NCBI RefSeq assembly: GCF_964204645.1 | Contig: NC_134025.1 | Span: 24,966,299 to 25,030,298, forward strand | Direction: 5' to 3' | DNA: 64,000 bases | From: Tubulanus polymorphus | Taxonomy: Eukaryota; Animalia; Nemertea | Shown: piece after piece, positions 13,101 to 25,665 of the stretch | Position numbering within the stretch: the stretch's first letter is position 1 | Layout of the letters: the number at the start of each line of letters is the position of its first letter | Notes under the pieces: model-generated | The model's input: only the letters and a program-made list of their open reading frames with translations | Databases searched by the model: none | What the model was told of the DNA's origin: nothing | Program-made: the position numbers and the translations under genes

Positions 13101-13776
13101 TACCAATTCACGTCGCTTACAACTGTATGAAGAGATAAGATTCCCCACGGTCAATGAGAGAATCGACTTACCTGCCTGATAATAGTATTGAAAGCTTTTG
13201 ATTACAGGGAGATCGATACTCCTCAGCGTATGTAGCACCTTTACTTAAAGTCGTTATCCGAGCAGAACTGACCATCTCTTTAAACATTTTCTTCGGCAGT
13301 TTGAATGGCTTGAAAAACTGATAAAGGTTTTCTAGTTCGGGGTCAATTTTTACCGGATACTCGTGACGCCCGTAGTAAAATAACTGCACAACGTTGATGA
13401 CGAAAAACGCGAGATTCCAACTCATCACGTCCCACATACACATGTACATGCCTCCCCATAGAATCAACAGCAACGATCCCATGGATAGGCAACTGCGCAC
13501 AAGCATCACATTGTATTTAAATCTGTTAGGTACCAAAAAAGCCAAAGCAAGGCATAAACTGCCGATTTGATACAGAGTATGTTGGGTAACTATCCAGTTT
13601 TCGCATGTCTCCTGGTCTGTTTCGTTATGCGACGTATGATTTGAGCCATTCACAATAGTAAAATTGATGTATGACTGAGCTGTTGCCGATGCGAAAAGCC
13701 CATCGATCCCGACTGTTTTGTAAACGCTTTCATTCTGATGGGATACGTTTTTGTTTTCTACGACGACGTGATCCAT
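10172..13776 (-). CDS. BVES: Popeye domain-containing protein, BVES/POPDC1-like (3 coding exons: 13776-13172, 11106-10992, 10672-10172)
   Basis: Glycosylated N-terminus (several NxS/T), TCENW, three TM helices, PVKIDPEL, TLSKGATYAEE, LSILLSGR|MKV, cAMP-binding cassette YVDSPE...YQ|VT, GKDITVKLY. GT-AG junction phases (2, 0) are consistent. Orthology to POPDC1 is from remembered motifs. Confidence 0.88.
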
Positions 13777-15272
13777 GAGGTTACTATAACATGTGGAACC
13801 ACAAATGCCATCACATCGGCGTACTGGTTTACGATCAGTTGTTTTACCAATACCACTGAAATGACAAACGATCCAAATATAGTCATGAAAATACTAAAAT
13901 TGTATCGTTAGTTTTAAATGATGTTAGATCAGTAAATTCTGCCATCTGCATTTTATTCTACCAGTGTCATAAATGGAGAAATTATCTTAGCGCGAAAACT
14001 TTCGCTTCAGTTCATTTCCGGTAACGAAGAAACAGAAAAGGGCATTACGAACTGATATCAGATTTCGAAAGATACCGTTAATAGATATTTTTTTATAAAT
14101 AAACTCGACGAAAGCAGTTTATCCCATGCGATGATACAGTACGTATGTAGTGGAGCAAATTTTCTGATACGTCCCCACCCTGTTTTATAAATAACAATAC
14201 GGTGGATGCGATACTTTATCATTGTGACGTCATATGTATATGGATTAGCTATGCCGTAAAAGGCCTTGTGACATGAGTAAAAAAGTAAGGATACATCAAA
14301 CGGCACCAAGAAGCAGTAATATGAAAGATGAGTTAACGCTGCCAGTGTTCTTCGCAAACATCAAAGGATCGCTTATTCTTTTGATCGTTTGAAGTTAAAA
14401 GCATTTCGATGAAATTCTAAGTTTCGGAAGGGTTTATGGCATGAAAATAATTGCAATCGAAGTTTCTGGTCTTGCGTTCGTCGCAAAGCGTCCTACATTT
14501 GTAGCGTATTTTTTTCGGGATTTACTACATGTATTTCCCAAGCGCTCGCCTCGCGTTTTCATTAACATCCTCACAAGAAAAAAGTTGGACTGCGTTCGTA
14601 GTCAACAGAACCTAGCGGGCACATTCTACACAAGACGCCACACTCAATCAGTCTTTGATTCACGATGCCCTGCAGTGAAGTCCTCGGAACGTTATGAAAA
14701 AAAGCATTTTTAACACCAGACCCGTAGCAAGACATGCCTGAAGGACTGACTCAAATAACACTGAATGATATGAAATGAAAACGTTGCTGACACTGGCAAA
14801 CGAAGCTGTTTATTTTGCTGCAATGAATTTGTATACATTGACGACGACATATGAGCCAACATAACTTTCTGACAACATCGTAACTATCACAGGCCTGCTC
14901 AATCTATTTCAAACATTTCCATTTTTGCCCACGAAGTAAGAAAAAAGCCATTTACATATATGTATATGTCCTATCGTATGTCATAGCTTTGTGAAAATAC
15001 TTCTTTATCAGTACTTGCATAGGGGAAAGCCAATGTTTATTCGGTAATGTGTTTTCGTCGGGCGATAATTTTATCGCGTCAACTCCCCTGACGGTGACAA
15101 TAAATGATTTGATACAAAAAACTGTGATGAGACCTTTGACGAACGGAGAGTCTTTTGTTTCCTATGGTACTTCCGTCATCAGCATTGTCAACTTTTACAA
15201 AAAAAATCCATAGTCAGAATTTTTGATTCTACTGAGTACATGCACATGATTTGAAGAAATACGATAGAAAGT

Positions 15273-15804
15273 AATAAAAGAAGCTTCCAGTTTCTAGGCG
15301 CCATTTTGTGGCGGTCCCTCGAGGTCCCCTTGCTGCGAAAAATCAAATCTCAATGTTCAGTGAATTGGCGGTGCGCGTAATCTCAAACTCAAGCGGTTAA
15401 AGATCTGTTGTCAAGAGAGATATTCCAAAAACAAATTCAACCGCAAACCCAAATTGCAAATAACGGTCTGTAACCTCTGAAAACATGGGAATTGTAGCTT
15501 AAACCGATACTGGGATATTTCAAAATGAATTAAGTTCGCAATTTTTTGACGCGTGGATGAAGTATGCGGTCCTTGCTTCATATCGTCACTGCTCTCGATG
15601 TTGCGTTCGAAAAAAACCTGAGAATTACCAACAAAAACCTGCATTTAATTTCCTCTGAAATAATTTATGAATTAAGTTTATCAAGCAAGGGAATGCAAAG
15701 CTAATTGATATTCTATCAAAACTAATTTTTTCAAAAGAGGGGGTAAACTATAGACCTCCAGGGACGCCACAAAATGGCGCCTAGAAACTGGAAACTTCTT
15801 TATT
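15273..15804. mobile_element. MITE-like non-autonomous DNA element with about 50-bp terminal inverted repeats
   Basis: AAGAAGCTTCCAGTTTCTAGGCGCCATTTTGTGGCGGTCCCTCGAGGTC at the left end versus GACCTCCAGGGACGCCACAAAATGGCGCCTAGAAACTGGAAACTTCTT at the right end; no coding capacity inside. Confidence 0.85.
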
Positions 15805-16369
15805 TCACAAAACGTTTCCTGACTTAAGAATGCGTTTTGCAAAATTGCTTTCCTTCAACATTGAAGAGTAGGTGTCGTAAGCGCACGTCATTATCTCAGC
15901 GAGGTCAGACGCGGGACTTGTTCTTAATAAAAGAGTATTTTTTTCGCAATTCGATATTTCAGACATAGTGTAATAAGATACATGCGTATGATGCGCCCGT
16001 GCGTCTCGAGAGTGACACATAGCAATCTCGATCCCAATTACCATTTACGTGTTACATTAAATAATGTGTCGTCTGGATAGATTCGTTTAGTTGCTGTCTA
16101 TTATTATCTGCTCGGCTTCACGATCCGTAATACAGAAATAATTGGCCAATTAGAAATGGGTTGATCGATGTTATTGCTTGTACAATTTCAGGTAGTTCTA
16201 TAGTGTCTGATTTAGGGAGGATGCACCCCAAAATCGGGTATATCATAAAGTTAGAAACATCGGGGAACAATGATTCATTTTTAGAAATACAGGGAACATG
16301 GATTTAAACTTTTTGAGGTCAGTTTAACATTTTTCGACTTTCCATAAACTTTCAGGGCAACTTGACTTT

Positions 16370-16410
16370 TTAGGGGGCGCACCCCTGCGCCCTCCCCTAG
16401 ATCCGCCCCA
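16370..16410. mobile_element. Terminal fragment of the same MITE family as the DBR1 intron element
   Basis: CCCTCCCCTAGATCCGCCCC (to 16409) is the reverse complement of the GGGGCGGATCTAG terminus seen at 59197-59211. Confidence 0.55.
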
Positions 16411-17716
16411 GACCCAGACTTTATAGACTGGTATTTTCTTTATTCCATGGGTTAACTAATTGAAAACGAATTGAGTTAGCCCCAGGTTAAAGTTAATACC
16501 CGTCTATAAAACTAGGCCCTGAGTTTTTGCCTATTTCTTGCCTATTTCTTCTACGACACTTCATTTCCTAAAATATGCGAAGAATAATTTTCCGTATGCA
16601 TATCCTACTATACATTCAAAATGATATATTCAAAACTTTTTTCAAAATAATGTATTCATGCGCGGAACGGAATATATGTACGAATATTGTCCGGTGGAAA
16701 AATTCTTATTGTCTCCGCGGTACTTATTATAACTCGTGCCGCACATCAGAATTGACCATTTTTGGCAAATAGATTGCTTGCAAAGAAAGTCAACTAATGC
16801 ATACTGATTGTGTCGTGTAAGATCGCGTGTATATTTTCCGACATCTTGTATCGTCAGCCGCATCACAATTGATGTTTTATTGCCGTCGTGTCGGTCATTT
16901 TTATCTATGCTAGAAAGGACTTATGCGGCCTTTTTTCCTATATGTATACCGATATCTACTTTGCTCATGTTCTTTAGTAGTCCGTATCAAACCGATACTT
17001 GGCCGTTGTTCCCTCGAGTCGCAGAATAACGACGATCAGCATGACGAATACTGAACGAAGCCGCGTGCTAATATTTGTATTTCTGTTGAAATGCTTCGGT
17101 AAATGAAGCCATGAAGACAAGCGTAAACTTGGACAATTCTATCAACACACGACTATCCCAGGCCTTAAAAACGAGTATTTTATACGGAGTTTAAAGAAAA
17201 ATATCTTTGAAGTTCACTCTTTGATATAGAAGTATCCTGTTCAAATGTCCATATCGATTGGGTATCGCGATGGTCAAAATCAGATACAAACGTTTCCTTT
17301 AAAGAATACAAAGATATTCATTGTGAGGCATGATACGCTAAGACAAACACTAATGCGAACGTATTTGGTGTTGAAAGAAAAATACTCTGGATGTGGTCCT
17401 ATAAGTCATAAAAGTCAACGTTAAGTTTGTGATTTAGGTTGCGTTTGTTATTTGCGAATATTGATATATCCCTGCCGGGCAATGGCTATGAAAATCGTGT
17501 TGCCATGCATAAATAAATGTCGTATCCGGCATTCTTAATTCGTTCGGTAAATACGTAAAACTGACGATGAATACGACGAGCTTTGATAGGTACAGGCATC
17601 GTTTTACACCTAGTTGTCTGACTGGCAATCGTGTACTGGCATAAATGAAGAAAGCGAATCCTACTCGATAATACAAAGCAAACGACAGCGGACAACAGGA
17701 AAACGAAGCTGTACAT

Positions 17717-17766
17717 ATCAAAGCGAAACTGAACTGTATGGATCAAAGCGAAACTGAACTGTATGG
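17717..17766. repeat. Perfect 25-bp tandem duplication
   Basis: ATCAAAGCGAAACTGAACTGTATGG twice in direct succession. Confidence 0.9.
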
Positions 17767-20700
17767 CCCTTTCTATCAGGTTGAGAATAAAGAATGATCT
17801 AGTTATCAATGATTGTATTATTCGGGATCAAATTTTACGAATTACCTCTTGTTAAGATTTGACAATCGATTTAAAAATTTATTCTTTAAAAAAAGACAAC
17901 CGATCCAGCCGATTCAGCCCCCACATAACCCCGGCGGGTGCTGGGCGCCGATGTAATGGGACTTGCAATTGAGGATCTCGTTCGAGTGTCCAATGATAAA
18001 AGAAAGATGACGATTTGACTCAATAGGTTGATCAAATCTTTGGAAGTGAACTAATTTGGATCAAGAGATGGCTCAGCCTAACGATGTTGACGAAGGAAAC
18101 AAGTGAAATATGGGCACGGTGGACGGCTTGACCGAACACTAACATTTTCGTTAGATAAACATATCATAATGCTCATATTGATAAGACGATGTAAAGTAGG
18201 AAGTAAGAATGTCAGTAAGTCAACAAAGAACCAAGCGGACGATGAGAGTTATACGTTACACGTAGTGGCGACGACGACAGCTGTTTTATTTCCCACATAG
18301 TACCGGACAAGAATCTTGTGTGTGGTCGTCGAATAATTGACGAAAATAACTACTTTTACGAGGGAAATAGCGCAATCTAGTCAGTCCACTCAATAATGGC
18401 CACGCATGCAGATTGCTAGTTCAAATCCACTTAGGTATATAGGTAATCACATTCGCTGGTTTTTCATTCGTAGAAATCTCCATAAAGATATGATATAGCA
18501 ATGACAGAAATGATGTAAATAGAACTAATAGCATCCAATAGGCTGCATAAAGAATATAGGAAAAAATCGTATTAAGAAATTATATACTCGAAAGGGCAAT
18601 TAGCAATTGAAGACCTGAAAAAATCCTGTCATAAATGAAATTTGGACTAGATGACTTTTGTTTTGCGACCAAACACCGTTAGGCTGATTACTGTGCTGAC
18701 GAATGATGTTTCCCGCCTCATCGGGCTCGTATCAAATTCATAATCACGCCAGAATACTAGACGTATTTGCACCAAGAGAACCCATAGCGATCGAAGTAAA
18801 CCCGGCTTATATCAGCTGCCGAGATTGGTAAAAAGGTAAATATTCCATCATCGCCACCAAGTGCACCGTTGTTTTACGCCTGATATTACACGCAACATGA
18901 TTGCCTTAATTCTTTATAGCGTCAATCGTTATCATTTTCATTCAACCATTTTAAGAGAAATCTCACAAATTAACGAAAACGTTTTTCAGATTCAGACATG
19001 TATTCGAATATCTTCTTCCTCTAAAAAAAACATCGATCCACTTTTATCCACCAACATAAGTGGATTTCGTCATGATTCCATCATCAATCGGTTCATAAAT
19101 GCCAGTTTGTATCTGAAACGTCGAAGTCGAAGGGACAAGAATATTTTTAAATCATTAAAGAATATTTTTAAATTCCTAAATCGTCTCGGATTAATTGAGT
19201 GTTTTAATTCTTGTTCTAATGAATTGAAAGATCTGCGTGTCTTATGACATCCGATTTTTCGGTAGATTACATTTTCAAAAGATGTAACTCCCGTAACATT
19301 GCTATGTCTGGTAGACACTTCCAAGAAAGAAGACTTTGACGATTATGTAACCATATCTTAGCGTTCTGAGGAATCGAATCGAGACACCGTCAATTTTCTT
19401 GGAAAGCGACATTGGAGACAAATGCTCTCGGAATGGTGCCAACTACTTTTTTTTACAAATATAAGCCGACTTCTAAAAATACATTTCTCCCACTTATTGA
19501 ATATTCTGAAGCTGGTGGCTGAAAATTGGCAGCGAGACGCGTATCAGTGTTGATTCGATTTGAGTGATAACTTTTGATTTTTCCTGCTCGTTATCAATAT
19601 CCAGATTTTCGCACGCAACTATATGCGCAGCCGATAATCTGACAGACGATTCTCTCTGTGATGGTTGTATTTCGTGCAAGAGGAGACCAAACCAAGGACA
19701 AACTGGTGACATTCGAAAGAGGCGGCTCAAATGTGTTTCAAAAATTACGAAAACTGTAATCCGCATAATATTGACCGTTTTTTACTCCCCACGGCCATCA
19801 AACATTCCTGATACGCATCTATTCCCGACACGCACAAATTGAAATGAATATTTTAGATTCGCCTGCAAGGGACGCGGTTGAAATTAATCTACTTCCCTTG
19901 TTGTCAGCCGATAAATAATCATATTTTATGACATGAATTGCTTCCCGTTTTGAGCATAGAAGTCCGCTGATGATGTGCGCCGAAAATCTAATGTTTGTTT
20001 TCCCTTGATTGAGTGTTTTCTATAGCATCTCATTTCCCATCGTTACGTAACTTTTTTCTTTACTCTTCGGGCGTCAAATCAATCGTTGGGATTGATAATA
20101 TCGCCTGAAATCCGTTCGGTAAATTCGATTTCGACAAAAATGCGTTAATATCGACCCGGCGCGCAGGCCGACAACGAGACAGGGAATAGCTTCTGAAAGT
20201 CCAGGAAAAATCAAAGCGACTGCACCTGTGCGTTATCCTCTAATTCCCAATGTAATTATTTTAGATTCCGGTGTCGTCTGATAGTGACCAACGAATCGAT
20301 CGTCGATTCCGGCAGTGTTTCTGTCGTTATTAATTAGTTCCATTCAACGAATAGACAATAAGACTTTCAGTTTGTGAGACATTATTATGCCAGTTTTCTC
20401 TCCATTCAACCTGCATGCCGAATTTTTTCAATATTCATCTGTTTTGGTGATAACAACTCAGATAAACCATGGACGTATAAACTAGATAATGCATCCACAG
20501 ATGAATATGCCGTGTGTTCCAAGTTTTTTCGTCATACACAGATATCATATTCAATCTACGAGGAATTGTCGTAGGCAATTCATTATGTTTTTTCTTTTGT
20601 ATAAACGATAAGCCCCCGAACAAACGGACTCTACTCTGTACGTAAATAATTCTTTCTATCGCCGAGTCGTTATTCGATACGCAGCGGTTTGTATACGGAA

Positions 20701-23700
20701 TGATTTTTATATTTACAAGCTGGTTCTAATCTTGTTGGATTTCAGATTGTGTTTACGCGCTGTCAGCCAGTCTGTGATGGACGGGAATTTCACAATGTCC
20801 GAAAGACTGCCGCAACATACGTACATCTCTGTCTTCGATTCCACACACGTCTGGAGCCTGCGTCTCTTGACTCATCCCCGGGGCTTATCAATCTATTATC
20901 TTCCACACATTCGTTTAATCATTTGAAAACGTCGGCGTATCCCACATTGTATAAACTTTATTTTACTCCGATACAGAATGAGAAGCAGGGATAAACTGAA
21001 TGACAAAGGAATTCATTCGTTTCATTTTTTTTTCGTTACGCTTATTCGAAGCGCTCGTAAACTTAAGAACTTCGTTTTTGGCTCAGCGAAATTTAGACAT
21101 TGAATTAAACGAGCGGAGGATTTACGATCGAGTTACTACTCGTCAATTCAGATTCGTTGCGGTAATTTCAACCGATTGCCAGATACAAATTGTCATAATA
21201 AAGAAGTGTTAAATCATCCCGCGGGTGCTGCAAAAACTGGATCCAGCTACTGCGTAATTTACTTCGTAACGAAATGTAAAACTGCTTACAAAACCGTTCA
21301 CTGGCAAATTGGGTGAGTTGATTGATTCTACGCGAAGATTCTCGTCTGACAATATTATTAGACCTTCAAAGTGACAGTTAATTTCATTACATCGGATCAT
21401 TGTTAATTGTCACTCGATTGAATTGGGACCGCTGTCTCCGGGGATAGCACCAGTTTAAAAACATCCACAGAAATTGCCACAATAGAAGTCTTGCTCCACT
21501 GTCTTAGTTCCAATCGCAATTTGGCCTCGATACCAAGACACTGCGTAGATGGCTTCATCCTTCTCTTGGGATCGCTGATCACTGCCATTCAGAGTCGTAA
21601 GTTAGTATCTTTGATAAAATTACTTTCGAGCATTGCGTTTTTTGTCGAGACTATATTATCATTACAATAAATAACAGCAAATAGCAAATAGCGCAGATGT
21701 CCAAAAGAAATTAATGCTTCACACAAGGCTGACGAATATCGTATCACAAGATATGCGGGAAGACCTGTTGAAATTTATCTATTCGCTTAGCTTAATTTGA
21801 TTTTCTTAATTTCGCTCACGTCAGATTTTTTGGGACCGTAAAATTGTTTCCGACTTGAGTGATATCCGAGTCGGATGTTATGTATTTCTTAGATAGTGTC
21901 ACAAAAAAATAATATATCAAACACTATCCGAGTTGATCGGATCCGACTTGGGAGGAGTGTACTGTAATAATAATTATGGGGTGCACTATGCAACTTTTTG
22001 ACGCAATGATACAAATAAAGCGATTGCAATGCTACAACATAAAGTTGCTAAGTAATTGATAAATCGGATTTTGAGCTGATGATCGCTTGGAGTTAACGGC
22101 TTTAAAGGTAACAAATTTCAATCTATCATTTGAATTTGAACTTCCCAAGTTTTCAGCTATGGTTCATTTGAATCACAAGAATCTTTCATGTGATTCCTTG
22201 TACTAGTATTCAATGACTTAAGCGCTGAAGGATTCACAAGCCTCCAGGTCCAATGCCTCATCATTTGATACATTTGATTTTATTTTGTCTACTGTTCATA
22301 TTTATTGAACGCTCCGCATGTTTTACAGAAAAAGTGAATGCCTTACAGCTTAAACGATTTATGACCACTTTTGCGCGAGTTGAAAGCCTTTACGTATTCA
22401 TCCCATCAGATGTAGACTTAACCTGATACATTTTTCTAAAATCATTCGGAACTGGTTGTTAAGATTGCAAATGCAATCTTCGAAAGGACGGCACTAGCAT
22501 ACAGGGATTCCCTGTATATTTCAATCGTTTGGCTTCGGTTAGTGTTTGATCGGAAATGCACGTCTAATTCGTTTTCGTGTTTTCTTAATGGAACTGCATT
22601 CAATTTCAGGATATATTTGCAAGCTTCGATTGAAAGTGTCTTGCGCTTAGTAGATGCGGTCTGCTTTTCGTTCGTAGTAGATGAACTGCAGTGTGTGACC
22701 CTAAAAAAAGCAACAAACTCGCGATCGAACATGCTAATAGATTGGCTCTTTATGCGAAATAATAAATTGCCTCTAACCAACATTAGCGGACGAAATCATG
22801 AAAAGGCGATTTAACCTTAGAAATTAAGACACTCGGAACATAGTTATTTCAAAGAGAAAAACGTTAGCCTAATGTATCAGCCGACTGTCGACATGAAAGC
22901 AAAGCATAGAACCAGGAAACAAGACGTCACGGACACAGAAATATCGGATAATTCAGTTGACGACGGGTCGGTCTGAAGTGGTTGCAGGGATACGAGTATG
23001 CAGAAAAGCCGTGTGGGGTTCATTTTGAATGAAGTTCCCTGGTTGAATCTGTCATTAGTATAAGACGATGGTGGCGTTATTTTGATGCGACTGAAATTCC
23101 TCGACCGTCACGAAACACATATACACACGCCGAAAAAAATCATAACGTAACAGGATCAACAAGGATATTCTAACCAACTTGGAATTAATCGTGACGTGTG
23201 TCGCTATTGAATACCTATCATTTTTTTTACTCAAGCGGATTAGCAAACAACGCACAATATAATCTTCGTACGCCACTATTTCTCAAAAAGAAATGACAAG
23301 TAAGGATTGATGGCGACCACGAGTAATGGATCATAACTTCGGATGGCCATGCAGCTCGGGATTATTTGAGTCTTATCCTTAGAGTGTGGCCCAGAAACAA
23401 GTCAGATTTACCTAACCAGGAATAGATCTGAAATAAGGGAAATCGAAGTTGATCCCCGGATTAACTTGTTTGATTTACTTGACTGCTAAATGGGTGGGGT
23501 ATTTTTTATCGTGCGTTACAGCCGGAACCTATGGGTCATTGCTCGTAGTTGCTCTGAAAGAAATTGCTAATTTCCGTCGGGAAATCTTGTATCCAAGTAT
23601 CCAAAATAACAAAATAAGCCAGTTCATGGAGATGTAAACAGACTGTTGTCTGGGTGGGGGTGGGTTGAATACATGAAACGATCCTTGCTACAAACAATAA

Positions 23701-25592
23701 TTTTAATGTCAATACGTATTTCAAACAAGAATATGGGAGCTGATTCGGAACATAACCTGAATTTTCTTTATACGAATGAAGACGCTAACGCCGAACGCCA
23801 AAACAAGGAAAAATGGCAAAATTGGCGAGCTAAAAATGAATTTCCCGTTCTGCCCGCCCCTCGCCCAGTTTATCGTTGCTGAACTACTAACATAAGTATA
23901 ATACACAGGAATGTATTATTACATGTAAATGCAGCCACGCAAAAATGAAGCAATCATTTGGATTTGATGAACGATTCTCTTGTATACAATACTTAATGAC
24001 GATACCTAATTGTCTGAAACGGATGTAAAATTAATTTCTCCCACATATTCATGCTGATCATTCATTCAGATTCCAATAATAGTTCGACCGTGTAGAAGTA
24101 TAGATCTTTACGTAGAAAAGATTTTAAGCGTTTTATTGCATTACGTTCCTGGCGTAATGCAAATATGAATTTTTATCAATCAATCTATCAATCTATTGAA
24201 CAGATCGGGAGTAATAACAACGGTTCCCGATAACCTGAGATACCGACGAAGGAAAATTAATAATTTTGTTGTTAACTCAAGCGCGCCGTTCACGTAGCAA
24301 CAGATATTGTGCTTAGAGAAAGTGGTCAATTTCGTCGTGCAACTGCCACACAAAAGAGCATATCCGGAAAATGTGTGTTTGTTGGCTATCTTACTTTTTG
24401 ACGCCGTAAAAACCGTTACAATAATGTTTATATATACATTGATACCTAGTATGCGTTATTTAAGGGGATCTGTGTAAGTTGATGTGCACTACGTAATCGA
24501 TATAGGCGTTTCAAAATTGTAATGAATATTGTGAATTTTGGCGTTTATTTTCTAATCAGATATATAAAAACATAATCTGTAATCAAATATATAACCCTTA
24601 TTTCATTTTCGATAAATTTCAACAACTATTTTCAAGAGGATGTGCACTACGTCATCAATATATGATGTCCCTACCGTGTCTATTCGCCCAAATGAACGTC
24701 ACAAATTTACATCAATTCCTTCGCTGTGCACCTCTCTGTCGGATAAAATATCTGGAGTTAATGCAGATTCAAGCCGCTACAGCGAAAATCATCTATTAAT
24801 TTGCTAGTCACGCTATGAAGCCTTTCATCGTATCATGCAACTAATCACAAATGATTATTTAAGCGTAACTTTTTCGTAATTGAATCGCAATCAAAACACG
24901 GTAGTTTTTTACCTCTGGCACATGCCCCCATCCTGCGAGAATATACGGTGTGATATAGTTTGTGATGTTGATGCATGAGATATCGCTCGGCATGAAATGA
25001 ATAGCGCAAGGGTTTTAACATCCTTTTATCTAAGTCTCCTTAGACTAAGAGACTCAATTAGCGGGGAGCAATTGTGAATGTTGTTAATTTTCGATACATG
25101 TCTTCATCAGGGTAAAGTAAAGGTTAGCGACATGAAGTAACACTACAAGCAAAACTCGAAACCAATCTACATAAGTATTAGTTATATTCATCAATTGACA
25201 AACAGTCGCCCAGACACTGGTGCTATCGGCGATATCTGAATCGAACTTAGTAATACATCTTAATCGCCACGGAACAGGCTAGACTATGGAAAACGTGAAC
25301 GCACAGACGGATTATAATCGTAAAACGCCGAACGAAAACATTGTTTACTTTTATGCTCCATAAAAAACCAACATCGCGCAGAGCACGAAATAGTATAATT
25401 TGTATGTCGAATCTAATCATCTTTTCTATCTCACATTCAGGATTTGAAAAATATGCATACTGATACTGTACACTAATTCAGTAACAAAATGAATGATATA
25501 TCATGCAGCCCATTTTGAAAACTCATTCTAAGATTTCAGATATATACATTCGTTGTTAATTATTGCGTGTAAGGTCTGCACATTTTATATTC

Positions 25593-25665
25593 AGCCTGGC
25601 TGAGTTTTGTGATTATCGCGGTTGATATATACATATGGCCATCGTCGGTTCGATTCCATGGGGGT
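25593..25665 (+). mobile_element. Possible tRNA-derived SINE head (decayed)
   Basis: A-box-like TGGCTGAGTTTTG at 25597 and B-box GGTTCGATTCC at 25647-25657, about 50 nt apart; no cloverleaf could be folded. Confidence 0.35.

Noticed and set aside
14225-14232. Full CRE palindrome TGACGTCA upstream of the cAMP-binding BVES-like gene
   Set aside because: An 8-mer also present at about 62786; one or two occurrences in 64 kb is compatible with chance.
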